Below the pieces are notes generated by a model. It was given only the letters and a program-made list of their open reading frames with translations. It did not search any database and had not been told where the DNA came from. Below, in pieces: positions 18,601-26,375 of a stretch of DNA of 64,000 nucleotides. Source of the DNA: a bacterium (lineage in GTDB: Bacteria > Zhuqueibacterota > Zhuqueibacteria > Residuimicrobiales > Krinioviventaceae); NCBI GenBank assembly GCA_963675755.2, contig CAXXMD010000003.1, positions 1,632,001-1,696,000 of the forward strand, in the 5' to 3' direction. How positions within the stretch are numbered: the first letter of the stretch is position 1; the number at the start of each line of letters is the position of its first letter. The translations under genes were made by a program, and so were the position numbers.

Positions 18601-18982
18601 CCTAAATGTGCATGCCTGGGACCAGGATGGAAATATAAACAAATCCATTGGCGCACGAACCATCAAGATTGTGAATACAGTCATTACGCGTCTGGAAGAT
18701 GAGAATGCGGTTCCGTTAAAAACGGATTTGATGAATGCGTATCCCAATCCGTTTAATCCTTCAACACAGATTGAATACCATTTGGCCCAAAACGCAACAG
18801 TTAATGTTCATATTTATGATATTATGGGGCGGCGGGTTAAAACGCTGGTAGACAACCGTTATCAGCTGGCTGGTAAATATAACATTCGTTTCAATACTCT
18901 GGGTCTATCTAGTGGCGTATACTTTTGCCGTTTTACTGCGGGGCATGAATCCTTTGTAAAAAAACTTATGTTTATTAAATGA
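15602..18982 (+). CDS. Large secreted protein: YCF48/BNR-like propeller, 2x(BACON + paired Ig-like domains), T9SS-like tail
   Basis: ATG at 15602 follows AGGAGG. Repeats 'T.DGG.TW'; BACON-like 'W.V.S...WI.V.P.SG.G'; duplicated 'PPFG...GWALDD' modules; tail 'AYPNPFNPST...SSGVYF'. Confidence 0.85.
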   Translation: MRKGAFLLIILTSMLFGQNDIWRQLQLTEDMQFEYAQWSHNEGVYPPIYALGEKGSIWYSTDNGWNWEKSELGVSANMKGIAWEQKNYGFGLQTTGVAVGENGAVVITKDGGKTWEMLQYEGNDLNAVDCTAPLYDYQTDYLYLSVGKDGTAIWSHDGGLNWDDKEISESGEDFTDVQFTTNEEGWITGTNGTLYKTTNAGYDWQIIELPDETGKPDLQGVDFLDNNTGWVCGDNGTILLTNRGGADWAQQNSGVTTQLNDIAFKDRNTGWCVGNGGTVLLTENGGSTWQPVDTGSNQDFQSVSINSNGDVLIAGGSSKILTNQPELNISVEVVPDEVHAAGINRSKKRERVNVQVNYDSEAPWTVQSNADWITVQPQSGTGNGYFDVTIDPTNLEEGKHSSSVTISTEDGVTTLEPLVHYQFYGANESKPPFGSIETPQVGSTVRGSVPVTGWALDDVEVDKVQIYSENNGSLTYLGDAAFVEGARPDVQQAYPEYPNNNNAGWQYILQSNFFTNAFDGIATLTAIAQDVEGNQTTLGSNSFMIDNQNSNNPFGDITTPAPGEKIWGSSYINTGWVLTPPPNMISECGSEISVYIDGVFTGNVTYDGYRQDIASLFPGYANSNGAGAYFKIDTRKYPNGMHTIQWVARDDAGNEGGIGSRFFTIENSGAPAAGATTNRIKCGAPANGSSLKREFTAFGGNSTHANGPFTQYFQVVNKGVGTLSWQVSSEQDWISLDPVSGTGPGWVQVSVDPSGKTAGGYEGEIVITDIDQASAPEYVAVDLTVHQLTEPPFGEFVSPAQDQVVSGNIYLSGWALDDVGVESVKLYQINGEQNEYIGDAVPIDEIRADVQSMYANYPNANMAGWRFSVETYDYENGTYSFVAEVMDYEGNTTLLTGSEFVIDNTNSLEPFGDIDSPVDGLIVSGDSLAIIGWVLAAGDNTIEKDGSSIFLYLNGEFIGNPIYNLYRKDIADKYPDKQNALGAVFTYYLDTTAYPDGTYTLNVHAWDQDGNINKSIGARTIKIVNTVITRLEDENAVPLKTDLMNAYPNPFNPSTQIEYHLAQNATVNVHIYDIMGRRVKTLVDNRYQLAGKYNIRFNTLGLSSGVYFCRFTAGHESFVKKLMFIK

Positions 18983-18985
18983 TAC

Positions 18986-19018
18986 AAGGCCGTATGGATT
19001 CCATACGGCCTTTTTTTT
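18986..19018 (+). terminator. Intrinsic terminator
   Basis: AAGGCCGTATGG-att-CCATACGGCCTT followed by a T-tract. Confidence 0.88.
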
Positions 19019-19069
19019 GTTCATTCATTTGATATATTGAATGGATATATTATTTATTCAGGAGATTTT

Positions 19070-19576
19070 ATGGAACCCCGGATAGTACAAAAAGAACGTA
19101 TGCTTTTGGTGGGGCTCGACTTTTTTGGAGATCCTTTTCAACTCAGTAGTGGTTGGACTGAAGAAAATGAAATAGGCCGTTTGTGGGCCCGGTTAATACA
19201 ATACATGAAGGAAAAGGAACTGCAAATCCCTTTGCCTGAGCAAATGTTCGAAGTACATATTGAACATTTTGATACTCGGGTAAAAGGACATTTTGAAGTA
19301 TTTGTTGGCTTTGAAATAGAAAAAGCGGATTTGGCTCCTGTTGATCTGGTTCTCAAAGTTCTTCCTGCAAATACTTTTGCTATTTATACATTAAAAGGTA
19401 AAGAGATCTCGTCTGATTGGGAGACATTGCTTGTACAGGAATGGTTAAGCAAATCAGGTTACGAGATTGCAGATCCTTTTAATTATCAGCTTTATGATGA
19501 GCGTTTCAAAGGAATGGACCGCTTGCATGAATCCGAAATCGATTTGTATATACCGATTTGTAAGAAAAAAGCATAA
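19070..19576 (+). CDS. GyrI-like small-molecule-binding domain protein
   Basis: 'MEPRIV', 'EIGRLW', 'EWLSKSGYE' and 'EIDLYIPI'. ATG at 19070 follows AGGAG. Confidence 0.85.
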   Translation: MEPRIVQKERMLLVGLDFFGDPFQLSSGWTEENEIGRLWARLIQYMKEKELQIPLPEQMFEVHIEHFDTRVKGHFEVFVGFEIEKADLAPVDLVLKVLPANTFAIYTLKGKEISSDWETLLVQEWLSKSGYEIADPFNYQLYDERFKGMDRLHESEIDLYIPICKKKA

Positions 19577-19578
19577 TC

Positions 19579-20403
19579 ATGCGTGAAGTGGATGCAATAT
19601 ATAATGCAGTTCGATATGTTGAAAAGCATCTCAGGGATGATATTACAATAGGAGATATGGCCAATGCAGCCAATTATTCTTTATATCATTTCTGTCGCCT
19701 GTTTAACAGAATAACGCGGTTCACACCCTATGAATATCTTGTTCGAAGAAGAATAGATGTTGCCGCAGAAGAATTGAGAAATAGTAATAAAAAGATAATA
19801 GAGATAGCATTTGATTTACAATTTAATTCCCCGGAATCGTTTATTCGGGCGTTCAGGCGGGTTTACAAAAGTGCTCCCGGAGTTTGGAAAAAACAATTGG
19901 GTGATGATCAAGAGCAATCAATGCCTGCATTTGAAAAAGAATATCTCTATTATGTTTGCAATAACGTGTCACTGAAACCTAAACATGTAAAGCTTGGATC
20001 CCTGGAATTATATGGAATATTGTATCCTGTAAAAGAGGGATTTAATCCGAATGGTAAGGGACGGATTGAACAATTTCTGGATGAATGCAAAACATATAAT
20101 CTTTTAGTCAATGATGTGTTTGGTGTTCGTATTTTAACGAAATTGAAAAATTATTATTTGTTTATTGGAGCAGAAATCAAAGAACCCTTTCCGGAAAACA
20201 CGCCATTTGTGAAAAAGATGGTGAATGAAAATAATTATATCCGGATTGCTCACAAGGGTGCTTTTGAAACACTACGATTTTTGTATCAATATGAAAAGTA
20301 TTGCAGAATTTTAGAAATGTGGAAACCCTGGTCGTATTGTATAGAGAAATATAATTTAAAAAAAAGCGGAACCATAGAATTGTTTGTGCCTGTTAAGATT
20401 TAG
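19579..20403 (+). CDS. AraC-family regulator with C-terminal GyrI-like domain
   Basis: N-terminal HTH 'YSLYHFCRLF...IIEIAFDLQFNSPESFIRAFRR'; C-terminal 'HKG...IELFVPV'. Confidence 0.87.
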   Translation: MREVDAIYNAVRYVEKHLRDDITIGDMANAANYSLYHFCRLFNRITRFTPYEYLVRRRIDVAAEELRNSNKKIIEIAFDLQFNSPESFIRAFRRVYKSAPGVWKKQLGDDQEQSMPAFEKEYLYYVCNNVSLKPKHVKLGSLELYGILYPVKEGFNPNGKGRIEQFLDECKTYNLLVNDVFGVRILTKLKNYYLFIGAEIKEPFPENTPFVKKMVNENNYIRIAHKGAFETLRFLYQYEKYCRILEMWKPWSYCIEKYNLKKSGTIELFVPVKI

Positions 20404-20479
20404 GCATGATTCTTGGCTCATTTTTTTACATAATGTTGTTAAAGTCGTGATGTTTACCTATTTAACTATTTAGAAAATC

Positions 20480-22354
20480 ATGAAAAACAATAATATAAAA
20501 TCTGTTAAAGTTAATCAAAATCCTGTGGAGCGGGTTTCGCTGCTTGAAAGGGAGAATCGTTTATTAAAGCAAGAGCTTTTGTTATATAACAAAAGAGAAA
20601 CGTTAATAGGCCGACTTTATGATATTTCAGTAACGGGTTCTTTCGAGTGGGATTCTATTACAGACAAAATTTATTGTTCTTGTTCAATTTTAATGGACGA
20701 CGAGAGAGTTGATACTCGGAATATCAATGCAAGATTATCAGATCTTGTGTCAGAATATATTTTTCCTGAAGATCAAGCAAAGGTAATACAGGGATTTAAA
20801 TTAATTATTGAAAAGCAAGAGCCGAGTTCAATACTGGTTCGGATTATTAATAAAGAAAGAAAAATAAAGTGGTTCAGGCTTGAACCTGAAATTGTGTATG
20901 AATCTAATGGTTCTGGAAAACTTTTTGGCATTTTTCTGGATGTAACAGAATCAGAATTTTATAAGAAAAAAGAAGGTTCGGATCCCTTTCTACGAGAAAT
21001 TATTCAAGAAAGTAAAACTGGAACCGGGGTTATCAATAACCATACTATCCTAAAAGTAAATTCAATTACAAGCGATATTACGGGATTTCATATTTCAGAG
21101 TTGTTGGGCAATAGAATTGATATGCTTTTTTTATCAAATCTTGACTTTGATCGGTTTAAGAAAAAGATGAATGCGCAAATACTGGAACAGGGCGTTGCAA
21201 CATTTAGAACAGTTTGGAAACGCAAAGATCAAAAGTTAATCAATGTTCTTTTGACGTTTACTCCCATAAAGCACAAAAGTATTACCAGTGATATGATTTT
21301 TACCGTGTTGGATATAACAAAGGCAAAACAGTCTATTGGCGATTTACAGGAATCACAGAGAATGCTGTTAACCTTGTTTCATAATTTGCCGGGTATGGCG
21401 TATCGTTGTAAAAATGATCAATATTGGACCATGTTGTTTATCAGTAGTGGCTGCAATGAATTGACTGGTTACCAGGTAGATGATTTGATAAATAATAATA
21501 AAATAACTTATGCGGATGTAATACATCCGGATGATCGGGAATATGTTGTGAATGATGTGTCTATAGCGCTTTCTACCGGTAAACAATTTGAATTGGAATA
21601 CAGAATACTCACCGCAAAAAATAAAGTCAAATATGTATTAGAACGGGGTGTGGGTATTTTTGGCGAGAACAATGAGCTGTTGTTTATTGAGGGATTTATA
21701 TCAGATATTACCACTAAAAAGAGTGCTGAAGAAATTGTTAAAAAAGAATTGAAAGAAAAAGAGATTTTATTAAAAGAAATACATCATAGGGTTAAAAATA
21801 ATTTACAAATTATTACCAGTTTACTCAGCATTCAGGCAAGTCAAAGCAATGATTCTGTTATTCAACAAGCATTTTTAGAAAGCAAGAACCGTATTTATTC
21901 AATGGCCATTGTACATGAAAAGATGTATAGATCAGAAAATTTTTCTAAAATTGATTTTAAAGAATATATTGAATCCATAACGCAGGAGATTTTTTATTCA
22001 TATTCAGTTTTTGATAATGTTACATTTTCTGTCAATGTGAATAATATGTATTTAGAGCTGGATAAAGCAATATCCTGCGGATTAATAGTGAATGAATTAA
22101 TTACCAATACTGTCAAGCATGCGTTCCCGAATAACAATAAGGGATGTTTGAGTATAAATGCTGAACTGGAACAGGATATGTGTAGACTTGAGGTTAGAGA
22201 TAATGGTGTTGGCATAAGTAATGAGATTGATTTTTGGAAAGCAGAGTCTATGGGATTTATGCTTATCAAAGTTTTAACCAAACAAATAAATGGCAAACTT
22301 GAATTGAAAAATGATCAACCAGGTGTAGAGTTTGTAATAAACTTTTCTCTTTGA
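20480..22354 (+). CDS. Soluble multi-PAS sensor histidine kinase (HisKA_2 type)
   Basis: PAS/PAC repeats ('NLPGMAYRC', 'IHPDD', 'EYRI'); H-box 'LLKEIHHRVKNNLQ'; 'NELITN..KHAF'; 'DNGVG'. Confidence 0.92.
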   Translation: MKNNNIKSVKVNQNPVERVSLLERENRLLKQELLLYNKRETLIGRLYDISVTGSFEWDSITDKIYCSCSILMDDERVDTRNINARLSDLVSEYIFPEDQAKVIQGFKLIIEKQEPSSILVRIINKERKIKWFRLEPEIVYESNGSGKLFGIFLDVTESEFYKKKEGSDPFLREIIQESKTGTGVINNHTILKVNSITSDITGFHISELLGNRIDMLFLSNLDFDRFKKKMNAQILEQGVATFRTVWKRKDQKLINVLLTFTPIKHKSITSDMIFTVLDITKAKQSIGDLQESQRMLLTLFHNLPGMAYRCKNDQYWTMLFISSGCNELTGYQVDDLINNNKITYADVIHPDDREYVVNDVSIALSTGKQFELEYRILTAKNKVKYVLERGVGIFGENNELLFIEGFISDITTKKSAEEIVKKELKEKEILLKEIHHRVKNNLQIITSLLSIQASQSNDSVIQQAFLESKNRIYSMAIVHEKMYRSENFSKIDFKEYIESITQEIFYSYSVFDNVTFSVNVNNMYLELDKAISCGLIVNELITNTVKHAFPNNNKGCLSINAELEQDMCRLEVRDNGVGISNEIDFWKAESMGFMLIKVLTKQINGKLELKNDQPGVEFVINFSL

Positions 22355-22389
22355 TTTTTTATTTTTATATGTGTCGAAATAAAATAAAC

Positions 22390-22431
22390 TTATCCACATG
22401 GCTTTTATGGTGTCACCCGATATGTGGATAA
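22390..22431. promoter_or_regulatory. Two perfect DnaA boxes in inverted orientation
   Basis: TTATCCACA at 22390-22398 and TGTGGATAA at 22423-22431, in an AT-rich intergenic region. Confidence 0.65.
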
Positions 22432-22643
22432 CTGCCAAAAAATCAATCAATTAGAAGAATTTTATAGACTGGTCGGTTTATTTTATGGATTTTTTGTGCT
22501 CTTAAAAATCTCCTTTCTGCTTGAATTTTTACAATGAAAAAGATATATTAAAGTGCTGATTTTAATGAGGAAAGAAGCCTTTGGTATTAAATATTGCTTG
22601 TGATTCTGCACAATTCGGGATATATTTGTTTGGAGTATATCGC

Positions 22644-24404
22644 ATGATAAAAATTAAATTATTATATTTTCTAATTATTTTTTTGTTTGTGGGTTGTGCG
22701 TCCCGGAATGATGTACAAATTCAGGGTGAGCTCAAGACCTGGCACCGGGTTACATTTGTTGTAAAAGGACCGCAAGCATCAGAGGATGATCAGGAAAATC
22801 CTTTTTTAAATTATAGATTGTTGATCACCCTGACACAGGACAATCACAGAATAACGATACCTGGGTTTTTTGCAGCAGATGGTAATGCAGCAGAATCAGG
22901 CTCAAGCTCCGGTAATGTTTGGAAAGCGCATTTTATGCCGGGCAGAGAAGGTGTTTGGGAGTATTCAATATCTTTTCGAAAAGGAGATATGATAGCACTT
23001 GATCCTGTAATGGCTGCAGGTAGGCCAGTGAATCCGGATGGGATAAAAGGTACAATAGAAATATTAAAAACTGATAAATCAGGCAAAGATTTTAGAGGAA
23101 AAGGCCAGCTTTGTCAAATTGGTGAACACTATTTGCAATTTACAGAAACAGGCGAATATTTTCTCAAAGGCGGGGCAGACAGTCCCGAGAATTTTTTAGC
23201 CTATTATGAATTTGATGGTACTCCAAAACCAACACATCAATATGAGCCTCATTCTCAGGATTGGAATGAGGGTGATCCTTTATGGCAGGGCATTAAAGGC
23301 AAAAATATTATAGGTGCTCTCAACTATCTTGCATCAAAAGATATGAATTCAGTCTATTTTTTAACTATGAATGTAGAGGGTGATGGGGATGATGTTTGGC
23401 CCTGGATTGCACCCGATCAACGTGAAAGATTTGATTGCAGCAAGCTGGAGCAGTGGGAAATAGTATTTTCTCATATGGACAAGCTGGGATTAATGATGCA
23501 TGTAATCACCCAGGAAACTGAAAATGATACACTGCTTGATAAAGGTGAGTTGGATGTTGAAAGAAAATTATATTACAGAGAATTGATAGCGCGCTTTGCA
23601 CATCACCCGGCTCTTGTATGGAACCTTGGTGAAGAAAATACCAATACCGATGCCCAACGAATGGCATTTGCAGAGTATATAAAATTGAATGATCCCTATC
23701 AGCATCCTATAGTTGTGCATACTTTTCCCAATCAATATGATCAAGTCTATACGCCGTTACTTGAGGATGAGAATTTTGATGGTCCATCGTTGCAGATGGG
23801 AGATGTAAGAAATACCCATAGTGAAACATTGAAATGGCTTGAACGATCTGAAAAAAGCGGCAATTTATGGTTTGTATGCCTGGATGAGATAGGGCCTGCA
23901 AATACCGGTGTAAAACCCGATGCAGATGATTCTACTCATGATGAAGTGAGAAGATATGGTCTGTGGGGAAATCTTTTAGCTGGTGGCAGTGGCTGCGAAT
24001 GGTATTTTGGCTACAAGTATGCAAATAATGACTTGAATTGTGAAGATTGGCGTTCAAGAGAAAATATGTGGGATCAAACCCGTTACGCGTTGGATTTTTT
24101 CAATCAATATCTGCCATTCTGGGAAATGAAAGCTCATGACGAACTTTTATCCAACGAAAACGCCTGGTGCTTTGCAAAGCCAGGCTTTATTTATGTGATT
24201 TATTTACCGGATGGTATTAATTCTCGCATTCAATTGTTAGAAGGAACTTTTACTGTTAAATGGTACAATCCATTAACAGGAGGCCAACTTAATAATGGGT
24301 CTGTTGAAACGGTATCCGGGCCCGGTTATGTTGAATTTGGTGATCCATTAATATCTATTGACAGAGATAAAGTAGTTTTAATTGAAACAATAAATAATAA
24401 TTAA
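22644..24404 (+). CDS. DUF5060-domain putative glycoside hydrolase lipoprotein with C-terminal collagen-binding-like domain
   Basis: Lipobox FVG-C; 'NPFLNYRL', 'GFFAADGNAA', 'GADSPEN', 'WNLGEEN' and 'VKWYNP..G'. Confidence 0.78.
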   Translation: MIKIKLLYFLIIFLFVGCASRNDVQIQGELKTWHRVTFVVKGPQASEDDQENPFLNYRLLITLTQDNHRITIPGFFAADGNAAESGSSSGNVWKAHFMPGREGVWEYSISFRKGDMIALDPVMAAGRPVNPDGIKGTIEILKTDKSGKDFRGKGQLCQIGEHYLQFTETGEYFLKGGADSPENFLAYYEFDGTPKPTHQYEPHSQDWNEGDPLWQGIKGKNIIGALNYLASKDMNSVYFLTMNVEGDGDDVWPWIAPDQRERFDCSKLEQWEIVFSHMDKLGLMMHVITQETENDTLLDKGELDVERKLYYRELIARFAHHPALVWNLGEENTNTDAQRMAFAEYIKLNDPYQHPIVVHTFPNQYDQVYTPLLEDENFDGPSLQMGDVRNTHSETLKWLERSEKSGNLWFVCLDEIGPANTGVKPDADDSTHDEVRRYGLWGNLLAGGSGCEWYFGYKYANNDLNCEDWRSRENMWDQTRYALDFFNQYLPFWEMKAHDELLSNENAWCFAKPGFIYVIYLPDGINSRIQLLEGTFTVKWYNPLTGGQLNNGSVETVSGPGYVEFGDPLISIDRDKVVLIETINNN

Positions 24405-24471
24405 TAGAACCAATTGAGACATATTTAAATTGCTTTAGAAAAGAATGAGGCAAGCGGTTTGAAAGGGAGGG

Positions 24472-24852
24472 ATGTTGAGCAAGAAAAAGGTCCTGGTTGT
24501 TGAGGATGAGGCAATAATAGCCCAAGATACAAAATTAAAGCTAGAGTCTAATGGATATCAGGTTGTTGACATTGTTTATACCGGTGAAGATGCGTTGGAA
24601 AGTATTAAAAGCGTAAAGCCCGATATTGTATTGATGGATGTTTTATTGGATGGTAAACTGGATGGATTTGAAACTGCTGATGCAATTCAGGAACAGGGAC
24701 CTACACCCGTCTTGTTTATCAGTGCGCATTCGGAAAAGGAATTAATGAATAAAGCGATAACAAATCCACTTTACAAATATCTGGTAAAGCCCCTGACTTT
24801 GGAAGATTTGATGAATTCAATTGAACAACTGCTGAACCACAGAGCTGATTAA
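24472..24852 (+). CDS. Stand-alone response regulator receiver
   Basis: 'VLVVEDE', 'PDIVLMD', 'FISAH' and 'YLVKP'; no output domain. Confidence 0.92.
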   Translation: MLSKKKVLVVEDEAIIAQDTKLKLESNGYQVVDIVYTGEDALESIKSVKPDIVLMDVLLDGKLDGFETADAIQEQGPTPVLFISAHSEKELMNKAITNPLYKYLVKPLTLEDLMNSIEQLLNHRAD

Positions 24853-24857
24853 CACAT

Positions 24858-26042
24858 ATGGAAACAAAGACCCGCACTGCATTATTTATCTGTTTTTTTG
24901 TTTGTTATGTTTTCCCTTTATTTGGAATCGAATACGTTACAACTGTACCCAAATCAGGGGATGGTATATATGCCTTGTTAAGGCGTTATAATTTACCGAC
25001 AACCCCTGAATATGTAAATGAATTTAAAACCATCAACTCGGATAATTTAAACAATAATTATAAGCTAATTAGTGGTAAAGTATATGAATTACCATTATAT
25101 CAGTTAACTTTTGATGGAAAAACAATTCGTACAACATTGGGTTATAATGATTATCAACATGCGAAAATTATAGAAAATTATAACCGGGAAGTAACTCGAT
25201 CCGGAGTTAAAGGTCAGTTATATACCCGTGATTTAAAATTATGGGTGCCGTTCAGTATGATGCCGGAATCCGTAGAGATCAATCACGAGACCGAGACCTT
25301 GGGCGGTGGTAATAATACATTCCCCATATTTGGTGAAAAATATAAGAATGTAAAGCTTGTAGATAATCAGCTAAAAGGTGCTGTCTATTACCTTGTAAGC
25401 GGACATGGCGGACCTGATCCCGGAGCAATTGGAAAACGCGCGCGTAATAAAATGTGTGAAGATGAATACGCGTATGATATCACACTCCGGCTGGCACGCA
25501 GACTTTTAGAGCATGGCGCCAAAGTTTACATGATAGTTCGTGATCAGAATGATGGAATTAGAGACAGTCATTATTTGAAATGTGATAGTGATGAAATCTA
25601 TTATGGTGGACACAAGATTTCTGCACAAACGGTCACTCGCCTTGACAAACGCGCGGAAATCATAAACCAGTTATATAATCAAAATAAAGCGATCTATTCA
25701 ACTCAACAGGTAGTGATTATACATGTTGATTCAAGATCGTATTCAAAGCGGATAGATATCTTTTATTATTATGAAAAAGGTGTTGCGGCAAGTAAAAAAC
25801 TGGCAACAACTCTTTACAAGACTGTAAAAAATAAATATGCAATACACCAGCCTGGTAGAGGTTACGGAGGCAAAGTTCTTACAAGAGATTTGCATATGCT
25901 CCGTAAAACCGTACCAACGGCTGTATATATAGAATTAGGAAATATACGCAATCCTCTTGACCAGGACCGTCTGGTTCTCGAAAATAACAGACAGGCGGTT
26001 GCAAATTGGTTGTGCGAGGGGATAATTAAGGCTTTTAAATAA
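24858..26042 (+). CDS. N-acetylmuramoyl-L-alanine amidase (Amidase_3)
   Basis: 'SGHGGPDPGA', 'EDEYAYD', 'IHVD' and 'VYIELGNI'; signal peptide; LysM-like start. Confidence 0.88.
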   Translation: METKTRTALFICFFVCYVFPLFGIEYVTTVPKSGDGIYALLRRYNLPTTPEYVNEFKTINSDNLNNNYKLISGKVYELPLYQLTFDGKTIRTTLGYNDYQHAKIIENYNREVTRSGVKGQLYTRDLKLWVPFSMMPESVEINHETETLGGGNNTFPIFGEKYKNVKLVDNQLKGAVYYLVSGHGGPDPGAIGKRARNKMCEDEYAYDITLRLARRLLEHGAKVYMIVRDQNDGIRDSHYLKCDSDEIYYGGHKISAQTVTRLDKRAEIINQLYNQNKAIYSTQQVVIIHVDSRSYSKRIDIFYYYEKGVAASKKLATTLYKTVKNKYAIHQPGRGYGGKVLTRDLHMLRKTVPTAVYIELGNIRNPLDQDRLVLENNRQAVANWLCEGIIKAFK

Positions 26043-26054
26043 AGGAAATAAAAC

Positions 26055-26357
26055 ATGCAGGAATTAACCGGAGCACAAAAAAAATACCTGAGAGGGCTTG
26101 CGAACCCTCTGAAACCAATAATATTGATTGGTAAAAACGGACTGTCGGGTGAAGTGCTTGAATCTATTAATGAAGCATTAGAAGCACACGAGCTGCTCAA
26201 AATTAAATATAATGAATTTAAAGAAGAGAAAAAGAGCTTTAATGCACAAATTGCTGAAAAATGTGAATGCCATTGGGTAGGTGGTGTAGGGCACACTGCG
26301 CTATTTTATCGACAAAATGAAGATAAATCAAAACGGCAGATTAAATTGCCAAAATAA
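26055..26357 (+). CDS. yhbY: YhbY/CRM RNA-binding protein
   Basis: 'LTGAQKKYLRGLA', 'IGKNGL' and 'HELLKIK'. Confidence 0.92.
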   Translation: MQELTGAQKKYLRGLANPLKPIILIGKNGLSGEVLESINEALEAHELLKIKYNEFKEEKKSFNAQIAEKCECHWVGGVGHTALFYRQNEDKSKRQIKLPK

Positions 26358-26375
26358 AATATCCCGGAGTATTTT

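Noticed and set aside
22355-22643. Calling this region oriC
   Set aside because: Only two clear boxes, no replication genes and no strand-bias switch are visible; kept only as a finding.
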